Part shown: piece by piece, positions 20,546-30,625 of the stretch
Layout of the letters: every line of letters starts with the position of its first letter
How positions within the stretch are numbered: the stretch's first letter is position 1
DNA from: an uncultured archaeon
Lineage (GTDB): Archaea > Asgardarchaeota > Thorarchaeia > Thorarchaeales > Thorarchaeaceae
Assembly (NCBI GenBank): GCA_964558645.1
Contig: CAZLEV010000011.1
Span: 56,385 to 120,384, forward strand
Reading direction: 5' to 3'
DNA length: 64,000 nt
Position numbers and translations under genes: made by a program
The notes under the pieces: generated by a model
What the model was told of the DNA's origin: nothing
Databases searched by the model: none
The model's input: the letters and a program-made list of their open reading frames with translations, nothing else

Positions 20546-21658
20546 TCAGCTGATCCGCCCGAGAACATCAGTCACCATGAATTCTCTGTCCTTTCGCCAT
20601 TGTGCGGCTTCTTCGTCAAAAGCCTCAGCCCAGGGCCCGTATACTTGGCTTCTGTGATAGTCCAGCATCGTCACAACGAAGTTACGACTGATGCTATGCA
20701 TTCGCCCGAGTAGAGCAGAAAGGTGGCTTGGCGGCAGCTGAAGATACCAGAAGAGGTAGTTGTCATTTCTCTTCAATGTAGAACGAAATGGTATGGGATG
20801 CGCAGTCATTCTCGACTGTAGGCGGTAGATCTGTTCTGAGTCGCATGTTGCTGTCAGGATGACATTGCTGTACAAGTCGAAAGCTGTTGGTTCGACAAAT
20901 ACGTGATAGCCTGTGATGAATCGTTCTTCTATGCGCTTGAGTCGACGAGAAAAGTCCTGAGATGTGAAATCGATACCGTCTTTGCTGAGGGCCTGAATCA
21001 TGTCTTTCTGTTTTCTTCGGGCACCATGGTTCAACTGACATATGATATAGAGGTCCTTCTTTGTCAGTACGTCGAGGAATGCCTCGCCGCCTTTCTTCTG
21101 TGGGATAACGGTATCAACCTCTTTTTCGAACCAACGATTCCAATCAAACCTCCATGTGAAAGTCCGGGGATTCCAGTTGGCCACCTTGGAAGTCGAGAAT
21201 ATAGGCGGATGTTCACTTGTTGGCAGAACTGAGAATGCATCCAAATGACCAGCAGACTTCACTCGCCTTAGAAGGTCCTTGATCATGGGCTGCGTTCCAG
21301 AGGGTATTCTGAACTGCACAAAGAGCCCCGAATGAGCTCCGTAGCATCTGGCACGATATTTCGTGTAGGGATGCTCATCACAGAGTCGCTCCATCCGTTT
21401 CAGACTTTCGAGATTTGAGGTCATGAGGAAGCAGTCGGTTGTATTCAAACCGAGAGAAACTTCATCAAGCTGAGGTATGACACGAAAGAGACGGTCCGTT
21501 GAATCCTTGCCTTTGCTGCTCATCTTACGCAAATATTCAGAAACTGTTGTTCTCGAGAAGCTGACACGCATGGCAAGCTCTTGGACAGTGTTCATCGGTC
21601 CTTCCTGTAGAGCAACAAGCAGGCTTAGCTGCTTGCCTGTGAGTCCGTCTTTGGTCAA
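20546..21658 (-). CDS. Tandem Lrp/AsnC-like winged-helix transcriptional regulator
   Basis: Two HTH + effector modules (QELAMRVSFSRTTV...LGL; DLYIICQL...RRLKRIEE...GY). Confidence 0.7.
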   Translation of the reverse strand: MTKDGLTGKQLSLLVALQEGPMNTVQELAMRVSFSRTTVSEYLRKMSSKGKDSTDRLFRVIPQLDEVSLGLNTTDCFLMTSNLESLKRMERLCDEHPYTKYRARCYGAHSGLFVQFRIPSGTQPMIKDLLRRVKSAGHLDAFSVLPTSEHPPIFSTSKVANWNPRTFTWRFDWNRWFEKEVDTVIPQKKGGEAFLDVLTKKDLYIICQLNHGARRKQKDMIQALSKDGIDFTSQDFSRRLKRIEERFITGYHVFVEPTAFDLYSNVILTATCDSEQIYRLQSRMTAHPIPFRSTLKRNDNYLFWYLQLPPSHLSALLGRMHSISRNFVVTMLDYHRSQVYGPWAEAFDEEAAQWRKDREFMVTDVLGRIS

Positions 21659-21708
21659 GCCTTCGCCTTCTGATGAAGTTCTGTTCCTTTTGTGTTTCTA
21701 CTGGATTT

Positions 21709-22194
21709 CTACCAGCACATGACTTCTATGTGTGGATCGCCGACACCTGAACCTGTAGGAGGATCGAAGATATGGGAGGTCTCAGTGTAACCGAGTACTG
21801 ACCCACCGTAGGCGATTGCAGTAATGTCAAGATTGTACCATCCCGGCTCCCATGCGGAGTCATACCAGAAGATTCTCATGCGAATCTCAGAGAATCGTCC
21901 TATCAGCTGTACTAGGCCGTAGTGCTTGAACCCTGATGGTAAGGTCAGGACAAGATAGTACTCCGAGTATCGAGGGCAGGGAGCATGAGGAGGTACTGTC
22001 AAAGTCAAATCTATCAGAATATCATCTTCGATTCCATCAGAATCGAGGTCTGCATAGGTCGCATAGTCCACGGTTACTTCCAATCTACTGGGCGACGCAT
22101 ACACTTGAGGTACTGACATTAACACGAGAACCAGAATCACGAGGCCAATCAGGCCATGTCGCTTTGCCAGTTTCATGAAGTGTGGATTATGCAA
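21709..22194 (-). CDS. Hypothetical secreted protein
   Basis: Signal-peptide-like N-terminus; DLDSDGIEDD Ca-binding-like loop; beta-rich. Confidence 0.65.
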   Translation of the reverse strand: MHNPHFMKLAKRHGLIGLVILVLVLMSVPQVYASPSRLEVTVDYATYADLDSDGIEDDILIDLTLTVPPHAPCPRYSEYYLVLTLPSGFKHYGLVQLIGRFSEIRMRIFWYDSAWEPGWYNLDITAIAYGGSVLGYTETSHIFDPPTGSGVGDPHIEVMCW

Positions 22195-22230
22195 GTCGAC
22201 TTATATACATTCTTGAATAATTCCCGAGAG

Positions 22231-22257
22231 AAGAAAAAAGGAGGGGGCAGGGCCCCC
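22231..22257 (-). terminator. Hairpin + U-tract terminator downstream of the S8 protease gene
   Basis: GGGGGC-AGG-GCCCCC stem (22243-22257) followed on the minus strand by TCCTTTTTTCTT, just after the stop codon. Confidence 0.6.
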
Positions 22258-22261
22258 GTTA

Positions 22262-24217
22262 CTATATGCTGAATGTCTTGGTGGTCTCTACGTTTGCCGA
22301 GGAGTCGTATGTATAACTCGAATGTGTGACTCCTGTTACCGTTACCGTGTACGAGCCCTTAGCAGTCTTGCCCAGGTCGAACACAGCCACGCCATCACTT
22401 CCTGTGGTGGTGGTAAAGGTGCTCACCGATCCACTCGGATACTGGACGTCAATAGTGACAGTAGCTCCGCTCACAGGGTTGCCATTTTGATCAACTATGG
22501 ACACATAGATGGTCAACCATGCGTTAGGACCTCGGTAGGTGGCTTGATAGGTTATACTGGACACATGCATGTAATCATCAGTAGAACCTCCGCCGTTATT
22601 GACGCTCACACCATTGCTGTCCGAAGCTGTCTGGGAATTGGTGTCTGTAGCACGAGCTGTGACAGTATGACTGCCGTCAGAGTAGGCAGTTGTGTCCCAA
22701 TCGTAGTAGTAGTAATCACCATCGATGTTGTTGGTGATGTCAACCCAGCTTCCGGAGTCAATCTGAACCTCTACTTTCGAAACGCCATTGTCATCGGTAG
22801 CAGCCACATAGACCCGATAGACGCCGCTGATTGTCTCACCTTCAGCTGGTGCTACAATAGAGCATGACGGAGGATTATCAGTAGTGCTACCGCCACCTGT
22901 GACATAGTCGAGTGCAGCTTTGGCCTGAGCAATGCCGTAGCCGTACGTGTTGTCAGGACCAGTTTCACCCATATCAAGAGCTGTGGTTGTCAGGACATTC
23001 TTGACGTCGAAAGAGCTGAGAGTATTGTCAGCCTGACGTATCAATGCACCAATGCCTGCGGCCATGGGTGTCGCCATCGATGTACCACTGTAGGTCACGT
23101 ATCCATTTCCGCTGTTGGCCTCGGCAGCGGTGATTGACGATCCTGCAGCACATATTTCTGGCTTCAGGCGACCATCGCCAGTTGGTCCCTCATTACTGAA
23201 GCTCGAATGAGAACCGTCGTCGTTCACCGAACCAACGGTGATTGCATATCGGGAAGCAGAGGGACAACCAATGGTGTTGTAACCGTATAGCCTCTCTGGA
23301 TGCCCATGATTTCCAGCGGCCACGAACAGAGCAACATTGGACTCCATCATGGAGTCGGCCATGAGACAGATCTCATCAGTCCCATCACATGAAGAAGACG
23401 GGTTGGTTGAAAGGCTCATTGAGGCGATGTCAATGCTGTAAGTGCTTCTGTAGTCAATGACCCATTGCATTCCGGCGAGTACCCCCTCAAGAGTACCGCC
23501 ACCGCCCGAGTCAAGTACTTTGACTCCAACTAGCTGTGCAGCATAGGCTACACCTCGGTATCGTGAATCCGCCTCACCAGTCCCTGCTGCGATACTGGCA
23601 CAATGCGTTCCATGCCCGTTGTCATCGTACGCAGAAACAGGAGTTGATAGGTCATCTTGTCCATTTACAAAGTCCTTGAATGCAATAACCTTGTAGTTGT
23701 TGTATGGATCATTGTCATCGAGGTCAACGTGCGTGTTGTCAATCCCAGTGTCTAGGATTGCAATCACCGTGCCCTCTCCGCGATACGAATAGGACTGATA
23801 CGCCTCAGGTATCTGAACGATGGGCGTGCCACTATCAAGTGTGGCCTGCACCTCAAGTTCCGCGTCAGATACTCTGATGACATCACTCATCTTTGTCAAA
23901 AGAGGCAGATTCCGAACGGGAATGGACATCGACATGGCGCCGATTGCCTCATAGCGATATCGAACGGTTGCATCCAATCCAGCCAACATATCCTCCAGAC
24001 TTGGACTGGCGGTTACGATGACTGACACATATTCATTTCTTTCAAGACTGGCAAGCTTGCTCTCGAAGCTGTCGACAATCTTGTTACCGTTCATATCCCA
24101 GGCAGTGACCTGGACTGAGTCAGTTCCGACTTCGATACTCAGTAGACCAGCAACAGTTGTCGCAGCAAAGAGAAAAGTGAAGACAAAAGCAGCAATCTTG
24201 AGACTCTTCTTATTCAA
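22262..24217 (-). CDS. Secreted subtilisin-like S8 protease with propeptide and two C-terminal Ig-like domains
   Basis: Catalytic motifs ILDTGID, HGTHCA, SGTSMATP; signal peptide; Ig-like YDWDTT...TVTARATD module. Confidence 0.95.
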   Translation of the reverse strand: MNKKSLKIAAFVFTFLFAATTVAGLLSIEVGTDSVQVTAWDMNGNKIVDSFESKLASLERNEYVSVIVTASPSLEDMLAGLDATVRYRYEAIGAMSMSIPVRNLPLLTKMSDVIRVSDAELEVQATLDSGTPIVQIPEAYQSYSYRGEGTVIAILDTGIDNTHVDLDDNDPYNNYKVIAFKDFVNGQDDLSTPVSAYDDNGHGTHCASIAAGTGEADSRYRGVAYAAQLVGVKVLDSGGGGTLEGVLAGMQWVIDYRSTYSIDIASMSLSTNPSSSCDGTDEICLMADSMMESNVALFVAAGNHGHPERLYGYNTIGCPSASRYAITVGSVNDDGSHSSFSNEGPTGDGRLKPEICAAGSSITAAEANSGNGYVTYSGTSMATPMAAGIGALIRQADNTLSSFDVKNVLTTTALDMGETGPDNTYGYGIAQAKAALDYVTGGGSTTDNPPSCSIVAPAEGETISGVYRVYVAATDDNGVSKVEVQIDSGSWVDITNNIDGDYYYYDWDTTAYSDGSHTVTARATDTNSQTASDSNGVSVNNGGGSTDDYMHVSSITYQATYRGPNAWLTIYVSIVDQNGNPVSGATVTIDVQYPSGSVSTFTTTTGSDGVAVFDLGKTAKGSYTVTVTGVTHSSYTYDSSANVETTKTFSI

Positions 24218-24500
24218 GTAATCTCTCTCCCAAGTGTAGCACAGAAGTGCCCACTCTTAACTTGCGGATAATGCAACTTCATTTATATGTGTACCGAATT
24301 TTTCCGCTTTGGTCTTGGGTTGTGTTTTCCTTCTTATATGAAACAGAGAGCGTGCGAGTTATTGGCGTCCACTTGAAGACGGACCTCAGTTTCGCATCTT
24401 TGCCCCACCTCTTGCTCCAAGGAATGGTGATGAATTGACATCGGGTTGACCTGCCGACAAAAAGATAAGATAGCACGAGAACTCCCCAGAAGCGAGGTGC

Positions 24501-26330
24501 TTGCTGATGAGGACAAGTAGAATACTGCAGATTTCGGAAATATTTGATATCCCAGAACTTGAGCTGGTTTCTTTATCTCATGACAGTCAGTTTGTGCTGA
24601 TAGCAAGCAATAGGGACAATGTACCACATATCTATCAAGTTCCAGTTTCAGATTCTAGCAAATGGATCGACCTAACACCGGGAGAGGACAGAGTTTCCAC
24701 AGGGAGCCTCTCGGGAGACGACTCGCTCTTCCTGTTCCCAAGAGAGACTGCCGGTAATGAAAAGCATGACCTGTTTGTAACAGATCTCACGTCCTACGAG
24801 ACCTCTCTGTTGGTCGACCTAGACTCAATACGGGTCCTTAAGGCGGACTGGACACGCGATGACCAGAGCGTACTCTTTGACGGTTCATCGGCCTCCGAGA
24901 TGGGGCTTCGCCGCTTCATGAAGTCGGAGAAAGAGGTCACCACCATCTACGAGACGACACGGTTGTCAGGGATGGGATTTGTCAGTCCTGAAGAACCTCT
25001 GGTAACGTACAATGAACAGAAGCCAGACCATCCCACAGCCATGGACATCAAGGTAATCAACTATGAGACGTGTGAGGTCATCGATACAATCTCACAAGGA
25101 GAGAACAGCAGGAACTATGACTTCGCATGGAACACTGACGGAACTAAGCTTCTCTTCTGGACCAATGCTCCAGGCGCTCCAACTTTGGCCATCTGGGATA
25201 GGAAGACATCCGAAGTGGTCTATTCCCGCGCGACAGAGCTTGGACTTGGTATTGACTATGAAGTCGCACAGTGGATGCCCGCTACAGATGATATTGTCTA
25301 TGCAGCAAAACTGAACGGTGAAACCAAGCTGTTCAGGGAAAACGCCTCCAAAGACGAAGGCCCAACCGAGCTCTCCATCCCGAGAGGATGGATAAGCGGA
25401 ATGAAGACGGATAAAAACAATCCAGACAAGATCTTCTTGGCATGGTCAAGTCTCGCAAATCCCACGAGGATATGCAGGTACGATGTGAAGACAGGTGAAC
25501 TTGAGACGCTTCTGGACTCAAGACCCACTGACCTCAGTGTCGAGCTAGCAGATGCCAAATTCATCCGCTATCCCACCTTCGATGACTGGACGATTCCTGC
25601 TTTTGAGGTCCCGCCCAGCAATAGTGCTCCGAAGCTGAAGGGAGAGCCGATCATCATCCTCATTCATGGAGGGCCCTGGTGGGAGTTCTCGCATAGCTGG
25701 TTCGCTATGGGAACGGTCATACAGGCATACAGCACAGCAGGATTCCGTGTGTTCTGTCCCAACATCCGGGGTAGCACAGGCTATGGTGACGAGTTCATGT
25801 TCTGCAACATCGGCGATTTGGGAGGCAACGACCTGAAAGACGTTCTTGAGGCACGAAGATACCTCGCAGAGAAGTATCCGAATACCGAGAGGTTCTTCCT
25901 GACAGGGGCCAGCTATGGAGGTTTCATGACCTTTCTGACCTTGACCAAGCATCCTGGAGTATTCGATGCGGGTGCCGCCATAGTCGGAGTTACTGACTGG
26001 AAAGAAATGCATCGCCTAGGAGATGCGGTATTCAAACGGTTCACTGAGAACTTCTTCGAGGGCACCCCTGATAGTAACAGAAATCTCTATGAAGACAGGT
26101 CAGCCATCAACTTCGTGGAGAAGATGGAAGACCCTCTCTTGATAATCCACAGAGCCAATGATTCACGCTGCCCTGTTGAACCCATATACACCTTCACCGG
26201 GAAAGCGATATCATTCGGCAAGCCCGTTGAAATCTATGTGGAGCGAGAGGCGGGGCATGGTGTGCAGAAAATGGATCATATACGTCAACAATACGGACGG
26301 GTAGTTGACTTCTTCATCGACCATTTGTAA
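24501..26330 (+). CDS. S9 peptidase (acylaminoacyl-peptidase-like, beta-propeller + hydrolase)
   Basis: IHGGP, NIRGSTGYG, GASYGG (Ser), NDSRC (Asp), AGHG (His). Confidence 0.92.
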   Translation: MLMRTSRILQISEIFDIPELELVSLSHDSQFVLIASNRDNVPHIYQVPVSDSSKWIDLTPGEDRVSTGSLSGDDSLFLFPRETAGNEKHDLFVTDLTSYETSLLVDLDSIRVLKADWTRDDQSVLFDGSSASEMGLRRFMKSEKEVTTIYETTRLSGMGFVSPEEPLVTYNEQKPDHPTAMDIKVINYETCEVIDTISQGENSRNYDFAWNTDGTKLLFWTNAPGAPTLAIWDRKTSEVVYSRATELGLGIDYEVAQWMPATDDIVYAAKLNGETKLFRENASKDEGPTELSIPRGWISGMKTDKNNPDKIFLAWSSLANPTRICRYDVKTGELETLLDSRPTDLSVELADAKFIRYPTFDDWTIPAFEVPPSNSAPKLKGEPIIILIHGGPWWEFSHSWFAMGTVIQAYSTAGFRVFCPNIRGSTGYGDEFMFCNIGDLGGNDLKDVLEARRYLAEKYPNTERFFLTGASYGGFMTFLTLTKHPGVFDAGAAIVGVTDWKEMHRLGDAVFKRFTENFFEGTPDSNRNLYEDRSAINFVEKMEDPLLIIHRANDSRCPVEPIYTFTGKAISFGKPVEIYVEREAGHGVQKMDHIRQQYGRVVDFFIDHL

Positions 26331-26371
26331 AGACAGTCTGAAAACATATCAGGTGTTGATGGCTGGCAGAC

Positions 26372-27025
26372 TCAGATACGGAGTGCCCCCACCACAGCCG
26401 CTGCCTGGAACCAGAAAGACACTCGAACTAGCAGTTCTTCCAGAAATGCAGCCTTTCTATCAGGTTTGATATCTTCTGGCCATCCTTCGCTCCGATACTC
26501 ATTGAACTTCTCGAAGGTCTTGTCATACTGTGTAGTCAATGGAATCTCAACCATCTTGTCACAGACAGTCACAAGAGCTCTCACAAAGAGAACAAAGTCG
26601 AGATCCAGTTTGAGAATCCATCTTGTGAAGAGCTTGAAGAACTTCCGGTTATTGATATGACTCCAGTCAATAGCCTTCAGACCTTCTCTGTTCGTTCCTT
26701 CGATTCTCTCGCTGTTGAAATCACAGTCGCGCTTAAAGGTACAGCGACTGCGGGCATAGACTTGCCGGTCAGATATCCAGATGAGAATCTCGTGAGGACC
26801 CTTAGAACGCATCATCTCTTTGTGTTCACCGGAGGGAAACATGAGCTCGACAACACGCGATTGCTTGAATGGCCCGCCCTTCTTGAAATAGAGATGCAGT
26901 GCTAAGGTTACGGGCGGCAGAGCGTTGACCGGGTAGTATTCATCAGGGTCGGGCATGGTCAGTAGACACTCAGTGTCAATCCCCTGATATGCCTTCTCCT
27001 TCTCCGAATCAGAAGAAATCTGCAA
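26372..27025 (-). CDS. Hypothetical protein, probably co-transcribed with the Rab-like GTPase
   Basis: 217-aa ORF 30 nt downstream of the GTPase on the same strand; no recognised motif. Confidence 0.7.
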   Translation of the reverse strand: MQISSDSEKEKAYQGIDTECLLTMPDPDEYYPVNALPPVTLALHLYFKKGGPFKQSRVVELMFPSGEHKEMMRSKGPHEILIWISDRQVYARSRCTFKRDCDFNSERIEGTNREGLKAIDWSHINNRKFFKLFTRWILKLDLDFVLFVRALVTVCDKMVEIPLTTQYDKTFEKFNEYRSEGWPEDIKPDRKAAFLEELLVRVSFWFQAAAVVGALRI

Positions 27026-27055
27026 TTCACGAATCGTATCTAGACGAGTTCAATC

Positions 27056-27604
27056 TCAGCCCGAACCAGACTCTCTGTTATGAACAAGGGTCGTTCCCAG
27101 CTGTTCGAATACATCGAGAATCCCCTCACCAGTCTTAGCTGAAGACTCAAGATAGGGCATTCCGTGAGCATCTGCGAACTCCCTGCCTTCAGATGGAGCA
27201 ACAACCCTATCAGGAAGGTCAGTCTTGTTTGCCACCAGCACTAAGGGAATGTCCTTGCCGATTGCTTTTCTGAGTTCGTCAAGCCACTCCTCGAGCACGA
27301 TGAACGTTCTGCGTCGGCTGACATCGTAGACCAGCAGTCCGCCGCTCGAACCTCGGTAGTACATCGGACGAAGAATCTGAAAACGGCTTTGCCCTGCCAC
27401 ATCCCAGATCTGCAATTTCACAGTGAGGGAATTACCGTGCATGGATGGAATCTCTATATTCTTGACTGCAAACTGGCTTCCGATTGTTGTCTTGTAGTCT
27501 GTTCGAAAGAAACCGTGTGAAAACCTGGTGACAATTGCAGTCTTACCAACTGCACCTTCACCAAGGACAACAATCTTGAACAGATAGTCATACGAGCTAC
27601 TCAT
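27056..27604 (-). CDS. Rab-like small GTPase (Ras superfamily)
   Basis: YDYLFKIV, G1 GEGAVGKT, G2 TIG, G3 WDVAGQ, YYRG, G4 NKTD, G5 SAK; no C-terminal Cys. Confidence 0.95.
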   Translation of the reverse strand: MSSSYDYLFKIVVLGEGAVGKTAIVTRFSHGFFRTDYKTTIGSQFAVKNIEIPSMHGNSLTVKLQIWDVAGQSRFQILRPMYYRGSSGGLLVYDVSRRRTFIVLEEWLDELRKAIGKDIPLVLVANKTDLPDRVVAPSEGREFADAHGMPYLESSAKTGEGILDVFEQLGTTLVHNRESGSG

Positions 27605-27829
27605 CTAAGAGACCCCATTTTCTGGTTCTAGTTTCATACCCAACGTATAGTGTCTTCACCAGATTCAGGAGATTCTGGTGTGAGTTTCTAAACCCGATAG
27701 AACTGTCCCCGGCTAATAAGGTTTCGTCGGGCCAGCATAACTAGGACCGAAGAGGACTTGATGGAGCAGGAGTGGCAGGAGTATATCACAAGAAACACGG
27801 AATGATGTGGGGGCTGAGCCAGTGAATCA

Positions 27830-28624
27830 TCAGGTAGATTTCTCAACCCATATCAAGAATTTTCGGAGCAGCGGGTTGAAGACTTCAGGCATATCCACCA
27901 TGGGAGAGTGATCCCCCTTCTTGATCATTGCGATATCCGAACGGGGTAGAAGTCTGTTCAACCTCTGTCCAACGCCAGGCCGAAAGACATCATCATCCTC
28001 TCCACAGATGACAAACGTAGGGATCTGGATATCTCCCAGTCTTTGTGTAATGTCAAACTCATCGCAGGCCTTCAAATCCCTTCGCACTACTTCAGACTCA
28101 CTCTTTCCCAAGCTTCCTTCTTTCATACGAACTTTGTAGATGTTAGAGTGGGCGCCTGTCAGATGAGACGTTACTATGCTTAGATAGCTCTCAAACGACT
28201 CTATCGCAAGACCGGGCAGTATTTTTGACGTCTCAAGGTCGGGAGAGGTGCAGACGAGAGCAATTGCACGCGGTTGGCGCAGCTGCTCATTGAGAGCATA
28301 GGCCATGACAATGGCGCCCCCCATGGAGTGGCCAACAAACACGAAGTCCTTCAAGTCAAGATGTTCCACGACCGCTGCAAGCTCATAGACATATCCATTC
28401 TCTATGTCAGCCTCATCGGAAATGTCATCAGAAAGGCCATGACCCAAGAGGTCGGGAACAATGACTCTGTGAGTCTTGACAAACTCATCCATCTGCATGC
28501 TCCAGATGAGGTGAGAAGTCCCGGCTCCGTGCATAAAGACAACTGGGAAGCCGCTGGAGGGGTCATGTCTCTCGTCAATGTCCAGGTAATGCATCCTGTG
28601 CCCGTGGTGGTTGAGAAAAGGCAC
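27830..28624 (-). CDS. Alpha/beta-fold hydrolase
   Basis: HGAG, DLLGHG, GHSMGG nucleophile, GDH; GTG 28624 preceded by GAGGA. Confidence 0.9.
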   Translation of the reverse strand: MPFLNHHGHRMHYLDIDERHDPSSGFPVVFMHGAGTSHLIWSMQMDEFVKTHRVIVPDLLGHGLSDDISDEADIENGYVYELAAVVEHLDLKDFVFVGHSMGGAIVMAYALNEQLRQPRAIALVCTSPDLETSKILPGLAIESFESYLSIVTSHLTGAHSNIYKVRMKEGSLGKSESEVVRRDLKACDEFDITQRLGDIQIPTFVICGEDDDVFRPGVGQRLNRLLPRSDIAMIKKGDHSPMVDMPEVFNPLLRKFLIWVEKST

Positions 28625-28737
28625 GATATCTTCCTCATTCCAAGTTACCGTCCAGCGGACATATAGGTCTATGTCGCTTGGTCGAATCAACGGTACCTTT
28701 TTCTCTGGGTGAGTGCAGCATCAGGCCGGTGGCTCAT

Positions 28738-30117
28738 ATGTCTGACAGGCTCTTTGGAACTACGGGCGTGCGTAAGATCTACGGTGAGGAGTTCTCCCTT
28801 GATATGGCCCTTGACCTTGGTCGGGCACTTGGCACATATCTCAAGAGAGGAAACGTGCTTCTTGCCCGAGACGCAAGGACCACCGGCTCCATGGTTGAAG
28901 ATGCATTCTCAGCGGGTGTGCTCTCAACAGGAGTCAACGTCCTGCGAGCTGGCGTGGTTCCAACCCCGACTTTGGCATTCCTCACAAGCTATCTGGATAT
29001 GGACACAGGAGTTATGGTCACAGCATCTCATAACCCCCCTGAGTACACGGGCATCAAGTTCTGGGGTTCAGACAGCATGGGCTACACTCCTGATATTGAA
29101 AGACGACTCGAGGAGATATACCATTCACATGACTTCATAGCAGCTGCATGGGACGGGCTGGGAGAGGAGGAATATCTCGATGCACCCGAGTGGACACACA
29201 TCGATGAGCTTGTGAAACGGACCGATGTTGCGGCCATTCGTCAGAAGCAATTCAAAGTAGTTGTGGATCCAGGGAATGGAGCGGCGTGTGTGCTCACACC
29301 CTATCTCATGAGAGAGCTGGGTTGCAGCGTCATCACGCTCAACGGTCAGCTGGATGGACACTTCCCCGGTCGAGAGAGCGAACCGGATGAATCAACACTT
29401 GTTGACCTAGCCAACATGGTCAAATCATCAGGAGCCGACCTTGGCATTGCTCATGACGGGGATGGGGACAGAGTCGTCTTCGTGACTGAACACGGAGAGG
29501 TTGTCAGAGGAGACCGTACTATCGCTCTTCTTGCTCGAGACTCTCTCCAGAGAGAGCAGGGCGGAGTCATCGTCACCACTGTTGACAGCTCAAAGGTCGT
29601 GGATGAGACCGTTGAGCAAGCAGGAGGACGCACAATCAGGACGCCTGTCGGCGACATTCAAGTTGCTGTTAAGATAAGAGAAGAGAAAGGTCTGTTCGGA
29701 GGAGAGGCCTGTGGGGTCTTCATCCATCCAGACTTCCATCTGGCGCCAGAGCCCTTTCTCACTTCCTGCCATGTTCTTGAGATGATGGCATCACAAGGAA
29801 AGGGTTTCGGAGAGCTGATCTCAGAGATACCCGTATATCCCCTCAAGAAATCGAAGCTGCAATGCCCCAACAGCAAGAAACCTGCAGTGATGGATAGGCT
29901 TGCGGAAGTTCTACCAGATGAAATGAATGATATTACTGACATACTTACTGTGGACGGGCTTGGCATATCCCTCAAAGGGGGGTGGCTCCTTGTCAGGCCG
30001 TCAGGTACCGAACCAGTCATCAGAATAACATGCGAAGCCCAGTCTGAAGAGGCCGTTCAAGAGATTCTTGACAGAGCAACAAGTGTCATCAGCAACACGA
30101 TTGCGACGACTAGTTGA
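28738..30117 (+). CDS. glmM: Phosphoglucosamine mutase / phosphohexomutase
   Basis: LFGTTGVR, TASHNP, DGDGDR, GEACG, RPSGTEP; sugar specificity inferred. Confidence 0.82.
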   Translation: MSDRLFGTTGVRKIYGEEFSLDMALDLGRALGTYLKRGNVLLARDARTTGSMVEDAFSAGVLSTGVNVLRAGVVPTPTLAFLTSYLDMDTGVMVTASHNPPEYTGIKFWGSDSMGYTPDIERRLEEIYHSHDFIAAAWDGLGEEEYLDAPEWTHIDELVKRTDVAAIRQKQFKVVVDPGNGAACVLTPYLMRELGCSVITLNGQLDGHFPGRESEPDESTLVDLANMVKSSGADLGIAHDGDGDRVVFVTEHGEVVRGDRTIALLARDSLQREQGGVIVTTVDSSKVVDETVEQAGGRTIRTPVGDIQVAVKIREEKGLFGGEACGVFIHPDFHLAPEPFLTSCHVLEMMASQGKGFGELISEIPVYPLKKSKLQCPNSKKPAVMDRLAEVLPDEMNDITDILTVDGLGISLKGGWLLVRPSGTEPVIRITCEAQSEEAVQEILDRATSVISNTIATTS

Positions 30118-30209
30118 ACACCAGGTGCGCAAGAGAGCAAATCAGCAAATGCAGACAAGCTTTATAGCACAACAGGGTCTCAGACACCTTGAAAACGAGG
30201 TCTCATATC

Positions 30210-30620
30210 ATGAGTAATGGCGATGATGATTTCATCAAATCGGAGTTTGAATGGGCTCTGAAGGACCCTACCGAAGAGAAGCTACGAGGCCTCGGTGAGA
30301 TTGTCGATACCATCACAAAACGGCTTGTTGAAGCAATAACTGAGCTTCAGAGCGACCTCTACGAGCTTCAGACTGCCGTACAGAGTATGGAGTCGAAACT
30401 GAACTCGCTGGACTCCCGGGTGGCAACTGGAGGAGTGGCACCATCAGCTACATCTTCTGCATCCTCAGCATCTTCCGCAACAGAAACTCCAGATGAACCC
30501 ATGGCTAGAGCACCGACGCCCAAGCCGGCTCCGGCTGCAGGCCCGGGCGGCATGATGTCTGAACTGAAACAGCTGCTTGCTGCAAGGAGAAGAAAAGCTG
30601 AGGGTGGAGGCGGGGAATAA
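30210..30620 (+). CDS. Small coiled-coil protein with Ala/Ser/Pro linker and C-terminal Ena/VASP-like F-actin-binding (WH2-like) motif
   Basis: Heptad LQSDLYELQTAVQSMESKLNSL; tail GGMMSELKQLLAARRRKAE; TATA-like TTTATAG near 30161. Confidence 0.7.
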   Translation: MSNGDDDFIKSEFEWALKDPTEEKLRGLGEIVDTITKRLVEAITELQSDLYELQTAVQSMESKLNSLDSRVATGGVAPSATSSASSASSATETPDEPMARAPTPKPAPAAGPGGMMSELKQLLAARRRKAEGGGGE

Positions 30621-30625
30621 CCCGC

